This document shows, piece by piece, positions 10,553-18,816 of a DNA stretch of 64,000 nucleotides (position 1 is its first letter; each line of letters begins with the position of its first letter). A program made the position numbers and the translations under genes. The notes under the pieces were generated by a model that was not told where the DNA came from, ran no database searches, and saw only the letters and a list, made by a program, of their open reading frames with translations. Source of the DNA: Trueperaceae bacterium (GTDB lineage Bacteria; Deinococcota; Deinococci; Deinococcales; Trueperaceae); contig OZ243913.1 in assembly GCA_965213705.1 (NCBI GenBank), positions 3,648,001 through 3,712,000 of the forward strand, written 5' to 3'.

Positions 10553-12640
10553 GTGAAACGACGATTATGGGGAAGCTTTTTGGTGTTGCTTCTGGCCGCT
10601 TGCAGCTCGAGCCCGGTAGACCTGCCGCAGGCCGGCAATACTTTCAGCTTTGCGGTTGACCCGGCGGCGCAAAGTGTCGACCTCGTCTCGACGCCTGCTG
10701 CGCTGAGTAACCAAGCCGAAGACGGTAGCCGCGTCCTCGTACCGGGTGAAGACTTGAGCCTGGAATCTTACACATTCGTATTTTTACCCGGCAACGTGCT
10801 CACCATCGACGCGGTTTTCAAAAACGTTTCAGACCAAACTTTTACCAACCTGAGGTTCAGCCGCGGGGCGGGCTCGAGCAACGTTGTCAACTCGACCGAG
10901 CCGGACGTGGTCGCAACCCTGGCACCCGGCGCGTCCACCGGTACGCTGCGTTTTGAAGTGCAGCACAGGGGCCAAAGTTTCAGCTACGAGGTCGAAGCTA
11001 CCGCGACCGTGGAGACGGGCGGGGCCGACTGCGCCGACCCGGTAACGATTCCGGACGAGGTTCTGAGGCAAGCCGTCCGGGACGCTCTGAACAAACCCGA
11101 AGGTGACATCACCTGCGCCGACATGGCGAGTTTGTCCGAATTGAGCGTGATAGGTCGCCAGGGCGAGAACGGAATTCCTAACAGGTTCGTCGAAAACTTA
11201 GAGGGTTTGCAGTACGCCGTGAACCTGATGACGCTGCAGCTTATGGGCAACCTTACCCTCAACGACGTCACTCTGCTGAGCACGCTTACCGAACTGACCG
11301 ACCTGGACCTGAGCGGCAACCGCATCGGTGATATCGGTCCGTTGAGCACGCTGGTCAACCTCACGAGGCTCGACCTCGGTTTCAACCTGGATATCGAGGA
11401 CGTCAGCCCGCTGAGCGGACTGACCGGGCTCGAGACCTTGGTCCTCAACATCAACCAGATTACCGACCTGGCCCCGCTGAGCACGCTTACAAACTTGCGC
11501 AGGCTCGACCTCGGCACCAACTTTGTTGCCGACCTTGGTCCTTTAGCAACCAACACAGGCGTCGGAAACGACGACGACCGCATCGACCTGAGGTTCAACT
11601 GTTTGGACGTCTCACCGGGTTCGCAAACGCTCGAGAACGTCGCCGCACTGGAAAGCCGCAACCCGGATGTCCAGAACGTTTTCTTGGGAACGCAAAGAGA
11701 GAGTGACGAGGACTGCGGTCGGCTGCCGCCACCGCCTCCCGCCGAAGAGTGTAGCGACCCGGTGAACATTCCCGACGACACTCTGCGAAAAGAACTGCGT
11801 TTGCAACTTCAACTCCTTGAAGACAGCGAAATCACCTGCTCGGACCTGCTACGTCTAACCGAGTTCAGCTATCAAGATATAGACGTCTTCATCACTAATT
11901 TGGAGGGGTTGCAGTACGCCGTCAACCTGATATCGCTCGAGATTGTCGACGGTTTTCTTACAGACATCAGTCAAGTGAGCGGCCTCACCAAGTTAACAAG
12001 ACTGGATTTGAGCCGCAACGAACAAATTAGGGACACCACACCGCTGAGTGGTTTGGTGAACCTCAGATACCTTGACTTAGCGAGCAATGCCATTGAAGAC
12101 GTCAGTTCACTAAACGGTTTGACCAACCTCGAAATCCTCTACCTGTCCAATAACCCTATCAAGCACATAAGGCCACTTAGCGGTCTGACTAATCTCAGGG
12201 AACTTTACCTAAACGGCGTTGCTGCGCTCGAGGACTACAGCGCTCTACAAGCCCTACCCAACTTGCAAGTTCTCAACCTGTCAAACCGGTTTCTTTTTGA
12301 AGATTTGAAAATAGTCGACATCAGCTCTTTGAAAGGGCTTACCAGCCTGACCCAACTGAATTTGTCCGACAATAAAATCTCCGATATCGGTTCGCTAAGC
12401 AACCTGACAAACTTGAGTAGGCTTGATTTATCGGAAAACTTCGTACGTGACCTTAGCCCCCTTGTGGCAAATACAGGTCTTGGGAACGGCGAAGACAGCA
12501 TCGAGTTGGGGAACAACTGTCTGGACACTTCCCCCAAATCACAGGCTTCACAAGATGTTGCAATTATCGAAGCGAGAAACCCATCAGTTGACAATGTTTT
12601 CGGCTTCGATGTTCCGAAGCTACCGTCACAGTGCAATTAA
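10553..12640 (+). CDS. Internalin-like LRR lipoprotein 3 (two LRR modules)
   Basis: GAAGGAGG then GTG 10553 gives MKRRLWGSFLVLLLAAC, paralogous to LRR1/2. The ORF-track extension from 10325 overlaps precursor 2. Confidence 0.88.
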   Translation: MKRRLWGSFLVLLLAACSSSPVDLPQAGNTFSFAVDPAAQSVDLVSTPAALSNQAEDGSRVLVPGEDLSLESYTFVFLPGNVLTIDAVFKNVSDQTFTNLRFSRGAGSSNVVNSTEPDVVATLAPGASTGTLRFEVQHRGQSFSYEVEATATVETGGADCADPVTIPDEVLRQAVRDALNKPEGDITCADMASLSELSVIGRQGENGIPNRFVENLEGLQYAVNLMTLQLMGNLTLNDVTLLSTLTELTDLDLSGNRIGDIGPLSTLVNLTRLDLGFNLDIEDVSPLSGLTGLETLVLNINQITDLAPLSTLTNLRRLDLGTNFVADLGPLATNTGVGNDDDRIDLRFNCLDVSPGSQTLENVAALESRNPDVQNVFLGTQRESDEDCGRLPPPPPAEECSDPVNIPDDTLRKELRLQLQLLEDSEITCSDLLRLTEFSYQDIDVFITNLEGLQYAVNLISLEIVDGFLTDISQVSGLTKLTRLDLSRNEQIRDTTPLSGLVNLRYLDLASNAIEDVSSLNGLTNLEILYLSNNPIKHIRPLSGLTNLRELYLNGVAALEDYSALQALPNLQVLNLSNRFLFEDLKIVDISSLKGLTSLTQLNLSDNKISDIGSLSNLTNLSRLDLSENFVRDLSPLVANTGLGNGEDSIELGNNCLDTSPKSQASQDVAIIEARNPSVDNVFGFDVPKLPSQCN

Positions 12641-12650
12641 GGAGATGCGT

Positions 12651-12809
12651 ATGAAAAAACCTGATTTGTTTTTCAAGTCCGCCGACGAACAACTTACCGA
12701 AGTGGATAAGCAACCTTATGTGACGCCGGTTCTCAAAGAACACGGCCACGCCAAAGACGTCACCCTGCAAACCTTTTTCGGTACTTTTTCGCCGCCTGCT
12801 TCGGACTGA
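12651..12809 (+). CDS. RiPP precursor peptide 3 (52 aa)
   Basis: AAGGAG at 12639-12644; MKKPDLFFKSADEQLTEVDKQPYVTPVLKEHGHAKDVTL-QTFFGTFSPPASD (C-terminal part of track ORF 12423..12809). Confidence 0.9.
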   Translation: MKKPDLFFKSADEQLTEVDKQPYVTPVLKEHGHAKDVTLQTFFGTFSPPASD

Positions 12810-12817
12810 CCGCCCTG

Positions 12818-12847
12818 TTCCGGTGGCCCCACGCGGGGCCACCGGAA
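12818..12847 (+). promoter_or_regulatory. GC-rich stem-loop after precursor 3
   Basis: TTCCGGTGGCCCC-ACGC-GGGGCCACCGGAA, perfect 13-bp stem, nearly identical to 10455-10484. Confidence 0.7.
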
Positions 12848-12929
12848 AGTGTGAAATATCTTAAATACGGTATTGGGCGAGCAGCGTGTTATTTTACGGT
12901 TTTGTGAGGGGGCGATGAGGGAGGATGTC

Positions 12930-14444
12930 GTGAAGCGACTTTTTTGGGGTGGATGGCTCGTTCTTTTGCTGGCGGCTTGTGGTGGGCGCGGCCCCGAGGC
13001 GAAGGTGACGGGCGTGTTTGTTTTGAGCGTGGACCCAGGTACACAGACCGGCGAAGTTTCGGTGGTGGGGACGGGTGCGGCCGAGCGGGACGGCGCTCGC
13101 GCGCTCGTTCCCGGCGAGGACTTAGCAGTCGCGGGCTCAGAGTTCGTTTTTCTGCCCGACAACGTCGTCAGCTTGGAGCTGGCTTTCAAAAATGTCTCGT
13201 CTTGCACCTTTAGGAACTTGGCGTTCAGCCGAGGCGCGGACTCCCGAGCCGTGGTGAGTTCGGTCGAGCCCGCCGTTACGAGTGCCGATTTAGGCGGGGG
13301 CGCGCTCGAGCCCGCCGAAACCACGCGCACGTTAACTTTCGGCGTCACTCACACGGGCAAGCCGTTTGTCTACGCCCTCGCGGCCGAGGCCGACGTGACG
13401 TGCGCCCAAGCGGCGAGCGCCGACCTGCAGACCAACCTGGACGCCCGCTCCGGGAGTACCGTCGCCAAGGGCAAGCCTTTTACCTACTACGCCAACGTCA
13501 GGAACAACGGACCCGACGAGGCTGCGGGCGTCGCGCTCACGGTGACGGTGCCGTTTCCGGTCAGCGTGCCGGACGGCTGCAGCCAGAGCGGGAGCACGCT
13601 GACCTGTGACCTGGGCAAAGTCGGGGCGGACGGGAGCAAGGGCGTGCTCGTCACCGGGACGGCCGCCGAAGCGGGTTCGTACAAGGTGTCCGCCACAGTT
13701 TCCGCAGGCACGCCCGACCCGGACTCGCGCAACAACAGCGTGACAAAAACTTTCGAAGTCTCCGTGCCCACCCAAACCTGCACCGGTCCTGTGCAGATTC
13801 CCGACGCGGCCTTGGAGGCCGCCGTCCGCGCCAAGCTGAAGATTCCGAGCGCCGGCTTGACTTGTACGGACATGGCGAAGTTGACAACCCTCAGGGCCGA
13901 CGCCGACGTTGAGAGCGAAGATGACCCGGACCTTATCAGCAACCTGCAAGGGTTGCAGTTCGCAACCAACCTGACCACCCTAAGCTTAAACGACAACAGC
14001 GTCAGCGACTTGGGTCCGCTGAAGGGCCTTACGAAATTGACGGAGCTTAACTTGATTACCAACCGCATCAGCGACCTGGGTCCGTTGAGCGGCCTGACCG
14101 GCCTGAAACGCCTCACTCTCAACTTCAACGAGGTTACAAACCTGACGCCGCTCAAAGGGCTGACGTCTTTGACAGACCTGCAACTCGCCGTCAACCGAAT
14201 AAGCGACGTGACGGCGTTGAGCGGTTTGACAAACCTCAACATTCTGGACCTTTACTTCAACACCGTCACGAACATCAACCCCCTGGTCGCCAACAGCGGT
14301 GTCGGGAACGCGGACGACTTCGTCGACCTGAGCAACAACTGTCTGGACGCGGCCGGTGTCAACGCCGCACGCAGCCTCGAGGCCAGAAGCCCAAACAACG
14401 TCGTGAAGTTCGGCAGACAGGGGGGCGAGCAGTGCACGCCGTGA
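12930..14444 (+). CDS. Lipoprotein 4 with DUF11-like and internalin-like LRR domains
   Basis: GTG 12930 after GGAGGA; MKRLFWGGWLVLLLAAC; ADLQ...VRNNGPDEA...DPDSRNNS; LRR block. Confidence 0.85.
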   Translation: MKRLFWGGWLVLLLAACGGRGPEAKVTGVFVLSVDPGTQTGEVSVVGTGAAERDGARALVPGEDLAVAGSEFVFLPDNVVSLELAFKNVSSCTFRNLAFSRGADSRAVVSSVEPAVTSADLGGGALEPAETTRTLTFGVTHTGKPFVYALAAEADVTCAQAASADLQTNLDARSGSTVAKGKPFTYYANVRNNGPDEAAGVALTVTVPFPVSVPDGCSQSGSTLTCDLGKVGADGSKGVLVTGTAAEAGSYKVSATVSAGTPDPDSRNNSVTKTFEVSVPTQTCTGPVQIPDAALEAAVRAKLKIPSAGLTCTDMAKLTTLRADADVESEDDPDLISNLQGLQFATNLTTLSLNDNSVSDLGPLKGLTKLTELNLITNRISDLGPLSGLTGLKRLTLNFNEVTNLTPLKGLTSLTDLQLAVNRISDVTALSGLTNLNILDLYFNTVTNINPLVANSGVGNADDFVDLSNNCLDAAGVNAARSLEARSPNNVVKFGRQGGEQCTP

Positions 14445-14571
14445 GGGACGCCCCGCCGAGCCGCGCCCCGTCGAGCGCCCGCTCGAGACGTGACGCCCAC
14501 CCTCGCCCCCACACGATTTTGCTACCTATTGCCGCCCGTGCCAAACAGGTAGAGGACTCCAGGACACCGTT

Positions 14572-15594
14572 ATGAAAAAACTGAGTTGTTTAGTTCTCGT
14601 CGTTTTGTTGCTCAGCGCCTGCAGCGCACCCAACTCGCAGCCTACCGAACCGCCGCCGACTGAGCCTGTCGACCAGCCGCAGCCCGTCGCCGACCTGCAA
14701 GTCAACTTCGACGAGCGCTCGGCAGACCCCGTCGCCCAAAACGGTACTTTCGAATACTACGTCAGTGTCAGGAACAACGGCAGCGCCGACGCAGAAGGCG
14801 TGCAGCTTACGGTCACAGTGCCCTTTCCGGTCACCGAAGTCCCGCCAGAATGCGGCTCGAGCGACAGCACGTTAGAGTGTGACCTTGGCAACCTCGACGT
14901 GGGCTTTACCGAAGGGGTTCTCGTTTCAGGCCAAGCCGTTGAAGAAGGAATTTTTCTGGTATCAGCAAATGTTTCTGCCGCCACGAATGACCCTGACCTG
15001 AGTAATAACAGCACCACTGAAAGTTTCGAGGTTTTTCTGCCGACATCGCCTTCGGACTTGCAAGGCCGAATTGCGAATTGGTCTGTAGGTGAAGCTGAGC
15101 TGAGCACGGTGCTTTACGATCAAGCGGAAAAGTCTACTAAAGTCGCTTCGGGGACTGTAGGCGCGGACGGAAAGCTCGACATCTTTTTGGGCAAAAGTGT
15201 ACCGGCCGATGTCCTGTCAAGAATTTCCGCCTGTTCGGGGTTGATGCAGACGAACCCGGGCACGCGCCAAAACACCTTCTCGGCTCTTCAGGTCATGCGG
15301 GGTCAGACAGAGGTAGGCCGGGTGGCCCTCGCCTCGAGCCAAGCGGTTCTAACTGAAGGTCTGCGTAAGGTAGGCGACTACTACGTCCAGCAAACCTACG
15401 CGGACGCCGCCAACACGGTGACGGGGAGCTGCGCGCTCGGCGGGGTGGTCGACGCGGTTTTCAAGTATGACCTCAAACTCAACCAGGGTTGGAACACCGT
15501 CACCTTTAAACTCACCAGAAAAGACGGTGACGCCCAAACCCTCGAGCTGTCGTCGGGTACCCCACAAGGGGCCGCCTGGTTTTTCGCGCCCTAA
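14572..15594 (+). CDS. Lipoprotein 5 with DUF11-like domain, no LRR
   Basis: Lipobox LSAC; ADLQV...VRNNGSADA...DPDLSNNS closely resembles the DUF11-like domain of lipoprotein 4; C-terminal LKLNQGWN beta-rich domain. Confidence 0.8.
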   Translation: MKKLSCLVLVVLLLSACSAPNSQPTEPPPTEPVDQPQPVADLQVNFDERSADPVAQNGTFEYYVSVRNNGSADAEGVQLTVTVPFPVTEVPPECGSSDSTLECDLGNLDVGFTEGVLVSGQAVEEGIFLVSANVSAATNDPDLSNNSTTESFEVFLPTSPSDLQGRIANWSVGEAELSTVLYDQAEKSTKVASGTVGADGKLDIFLGKSVPADVLSRISACSGLMQTNPGTRQNTFSALQVMRGQTEVGRVALASSQAVLTEGLRKVGDYYVQQTYADAANTVTGSCALGGVVDAVFKYDLKLNQGWNTVTFKLTRKDGDAQTLELSSGTPQGAAWFFAP

Positions 15595-15611
15595 ACGAGG
15601 CCGACGAACAC

Positions 15612-16622
15612 ATGCCCGCCGCCCCCAAGACTGCCGCCCCCAAAACTGCCGGCTTGGTCATGGTGGGACACGTTGCCGTGGGGCTCGAGGGTGACGCTAC
15701 CCACCTCGGCGCCTTGTTGGAGGCGTTGGGGCGGCTGTTCGTGCTGGGTTCGGAGCCTACCGCAAAAGGCGTCACTATTCGGCTGAGCGAGTCGGGGTGG
15801 GCGCTCGGGCCGGGTAAAGAGGTCTACAAAGCCGCTGGCTTGCAGGTTGTCGAGACGGCGTCGGGCTTTTATTTGCGCTGCGGCGCGTCGGTGTTCGAAG
15901 TGTCTCCCGGCGTGACGGGGCGGTTGTACCTCGGGCCGGACTTTTGGGAGCACACCTCGTACGAGCGGCGCGAGTTCTTTTTGCTCGGGCTACTCATGCT
16001 GCTGCGCCCGCTGGGGCTGTACGGTTTGCACGCCTGCGGGCTACGCAAACCTGACGTGTGCGGTGACGCGGGCGGTGACGTGGGCGCGCTGTTGGTGGGC
16101 GGCAGCGGCGCGGGCAAAACGACCACCACCTTGAACCTCATCCGGCACGGTTGGGACTACCTGTCCGACGACGCGGTGTTGCTGCGTGAAGCGGGCGAAA
16201 GAGTGGAAGCCGTAGCCTTTCGCAAAGGGTTTTCTTGCACGCCGAAGACACTTCTCGCTTTTCCCGGTTTGCGCGGCGTGGAAGAGTTCGGTGACCCTTC
16301 GGGCAAGCGGGTCGTGGACTTAGGGGCAACGTTTGGGGGCGGTTTCGTACCGCGTTGCACGCCGCGGTTGCTGCTGTTTCCCCGGCTACACGCGGGACGC
16401 ACGGAGCTTCGGCCGCTACCGAACGCGCTGGCCCTCGTCCGGCTCAGCCAGCAGAGTGGCGGCATCATGACGGCCGCTAGGGGGGACAACGTGGTGTCGC
16501 GCGGCCAGCTCGAGCTGCTCAAACGCCTCGTGCGTCAGGCGCAGAGTTTCGAACTTTTACTGGGCGAGGACGCGCTGCACGATTTGTCTTTGGTGAGTAA
16601 GTTATTGGAGGATTCATTCTAG
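15612..16622 (+). CDS. HPr kinase-related P-loop kinase (RiPP kinase-like)
   Basis: LHAC, Walker A GGSGAGKTT and LSDD: the His / P-loop / Asp-Asp signature of HprK-like kinases. Confidence 0.82.
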   Translation: MPAAPKTAAPKTAGLVMVGHVAVGLEGDATHLGALLEALGRLFVLGSEPTAKGVTIRLSESGWALGPGKEVYKAAGLQVVETASGFYLRCGASVFEVSPGVTGRLYLGPDFWEHTSYERREFFLLGLLMLLRPLGLYGLHACGLRKPDVCGDAGGDVGALLVGGSGAGKTTTTLNLIRHGWDYLSDDAVLLREAGERVEAVAFRKGFSCTPKTLLAFPGLRGVEEFGDPSGKRVVDLGATFGGGFVPRCTPRLLLFPRLHAGRTELRPLPNALALVRLSQQSGGIMTAARGDNVVSRGQLELLKRLVRQAQSFELLLGEDALHDLSLVSKLLEDSF

Positions 16623-17641
16623 TGCGCGTCGTCGTCGAACTCACCAACCGCTGCAACTTGGCGTGCCAGCACTGTTTTTCGGGACGGCACGGCGGCAACG
16701 ACGACCTACCCCTGGCGGTCCTAAACAACATCTTGGCGGGCGCGGCCTCGGTGGGCCTCACCCACCTCACCTTTACCGGCGGCGACCCGACGCTGTACAA
16801 ACACTTCGACACCTTACTGGACCGCGTGACGCAGGAAGGTTACCGCTACAGTTTGGTTACGAACGGCTTTAACTTCGCGCAGGTTTATCCGAAGGTTTTG
16901 AAGTACCGGGGCGGTCTCGAGCAAGTCACCTTCAGCTTAGACGGCGCGACCGACGCCACGCACGCCCGGTTGCGCGGGAGTAAGTCATTTGCTCGAGTCC
17001 TGGCGGCGATGGCGCTGTGCCGCGAGCACGAGGTTCCTTTTACCAACAACATGGTCGTCACCAAGCACAACGCGCACGAACTCGCCGCGGCCGCCGAGCT
17101 TGTGCTGGCGCAAGGCAGCGCGGGCCTGCGCTTTGGGCACCTAATGCACTCGCCACTGACGACGGCCCAGGACTTCGACCTGAGCTTAGACGAGCGCCGC
17201 GGGGTCGAGCGCGAAATCTGGGCGCTGCAAAAACGCTACGCCGCGCGGCTGCCCGTTGCGATGGCTCCCGGCTTCACCACCGCCGACCCGCTGCCCTGCG
17301 CGCCGCTGCACCTGCAAGAGGTCAACGTGGACTACCGCGGCTACCTGACCAAGTGCTGCCATCTTTCGAGCCACGGCGCGGGCGTGGGCACGGACGACGT
17401 GGTGTGCAACCTCGCCGAGACCGACTTTCGTGAGGGCTTTCTCAAGCTGTTTTTGCAAAACGAAGGATTCAAACGCGCTAAGGCCGCGCGGCTTCAGGCC
17501 AGCCCGAGCGAGAGCGATACAAGTCCCTGCTGGTACTGCGCCAACCACTTCAAAAAGGTCGACTGGCTGCGGAACTTTGAGGGGCATCCGTGGCTCGAGC
17601 ACCTGTGGGACGCCGCACCCGCCGAGGACGTGCTCGCGTGA
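16622..17641 (+). CDS. Radical SAM enzyme with Cys-rich SPASM/twitch-like C-terminus
   Basis: CNLACQHC, TGGDP, SLDG...H..LRG; C-terminal PC...VDYRGYLTKCC...CNL...CWYC. Start overlaps the kinase stop (TAGTG). Confidence 0.9.
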   Translation: MRVVVELTNRCNLACQHCFSGRHGGNDDLPLAVLNNILAGAASVGLTHLTFTGGDPTLYKHFDTLLDRVTQEGYRYSLVTNGFNFAQVYPKVLKYRGGLEQVTFSLDGATDATHARLRGSKSFARVLAAMALCREHEVPFTNNMVVTKHNAHELAAAAELVLAQGSAGLRFGHLMHSPLTTAQDFDLSLDERRGVEREIWALQKRYAARLPVAMAPGFTTADPLPCAPLHLQEVNVDYRGYLTKCCHLSSHGAGVGTDDVVCNLAETDFREGFLKLFLQNEGFKRAKAARLQASPSESDTSPCWYCANHFKKVDWLRNFEGHPWLEHLWDAAPAEDVLA

Positions 17642-18792
17642 CCGTTCCCTCCTCCGCACCAGCAGGATTTCGGCTGCTCGTCGCCTGCTCGAGGGCGCAC
17701 CTGGAACCCGGTAACGCGGCGACGCTCGACGAACTTCTCGGGCTACCCCTGGACTGGGACGAAGTGCTCGCCGAAGCGCGCCGGCACGGCGTCACGCCGC
17801 TGTTGCACCGCCACCTGTCGGGCCGGGCTGAGGTCCCCGCCGCCCCGCTCGCCGAACTCAGCACCTACGCCCGCCGCAACGCCGTTCACAACCTCCTGCT
17901 GTCAAAAGAACTGCTCCGGGTGCTGGGGGAACTTGAGGGTGCGGGTGTGCGCGCCGTGCCCTACAAAGGCCCGACGCTCGCCGTCGCCGCCTACGGCGAC
18001 GTGGCGCTGCGCTCGTTTCAGGACCTCGACGTCATCGTGCGCCCGAACGAGTTCGAACCCGCTCTGGACGCGCTGCAAACGTCTAGCTACGCCCTCGTCG
18101 AGAGTGCCGAGGGCCGGTTTCACGCGACGCTCAAACACGAGGAAACGGGCGTGCTGGTCGAACTCCACCGCGACGTGGTGCGGCGTGAGCGTTTTCCGAC
18201 CGGGCTCGAGCTTACCGCTATGTGGGAAAGGCTCACGGAGGTCGGTCTGCTTGGTCAAAGAGTGCCGAGCTTCGCACCCGAAGACACGCTTTTGCTCCTG
18301 TGCCTCCACGGAGCCAAACACGAGTGGCAAGGGCTCACCTGGCTGTGCGACCTCGCCGAATACCTGCGCGCTCACCCAAGCCTGGACTGGGACCGAGTGC
18401 TGCAGCAAGCCGAGCGGGCACGCGTGACGCGGGTGCTGCTCCTCGGGCTGGCGCTGGCGGAGCATGTTTTGGCCCCGCCGCTGCCCGAAACGGTGCAGTG
18501 TTTGGTAAAGAGTGACCGCAGTTTGCCCGGTTTGCAGGCGACTATCATCGTGAGGTTCTACGAAGACGCAAACCTGCTCGAGCGGGGCGCCCTACCCTAC
18601 CGCCTGCGCGCCGGGATGCGCTCGAGGTTGGAGGACAAGCTGCCCGTTTACAGAAGTTTTGCAGCCCGGCTGCTGCGCCCGAACGAGCAGGACAAACGGG
18701 CCGTCAAGTTGCCGAAACGGCTCGAGCCTTTGTACTACCTCGTCCGGCCGCTGCGCCTGCTAAAGGACGGCGTGGCTCAAAAACGACGCTGA
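17638..18792 (+). CDS. Nucleotidyltransferase-family protein (NTP_transf_5-like)
   Basis: LDWDEVL..ARRHGV, YKGPTLA, RSFQDLDVIV, VELH, HGAKH, WLCD. GTGA overlap with the rSAM stop. Confidence 0.85.
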   Translation: MTVPSSAPAGFRLLVACSRAHLEPGNAATLDELLGLPLDWDEVLAEARRHGVTPLLHRHLSGRAEVPAAPLAELSTYARRNAVHNLLLSKELLRVLGELEGAGVRAVPYKGPTLAVAAYGDVALRSFQDLDVIVRPNEFEPALDALQTSSYALVESAEGRFHATLKHEETGVLVELHRDVVRRERFPTGLELTAMWERLTEVGLLGQRVPSFAPEDTLLLLCLHGAKHEWQGLTWLCDLAEYLRAHPSLDWDRVLQQAERARVTRVLLLGLALAEHVLAPPLPETVQCLVKSDRSLPGLQATIIVRFYEDANLLERGALPYRLRAGMRSRLEDKLPVYRSFAARLLRPNEQDKRAVKLPKRLEPLYYLVRPLRLLKDGVAQKRR

Positions 18793-18816
18793 AGTTTAGA
18801 GCCGCTCGAGACGCGG

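Noticed and set aside
7413..12847. CRISPR array or diversity-generating retroelement explaining the repeats
   Set aside because: The repeats are kilobases apart and protein-coding, with synonymous variation. No cas or reverse transcriptase gene is present.
14445..14571. A fourth precursor after lipoprotein 4
   Set aside because: No leader motif or core sequence is visible in this gap.
5425..17641. PQQ biosynthesis (PqqD + PqqE-like rSAM)
   Set aside because: No pqqB/pqqC, and the precursor core lacks the E-x-x-x-Y motif.
5425..18792. Calling the cluster a conventional lasso peptide BGC
   Set aside because: No asparagine-synthetase-like cyclase in the window and no Asp/Glu at core positions 7-9. 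A distant cyclase cannot be fully excluded.
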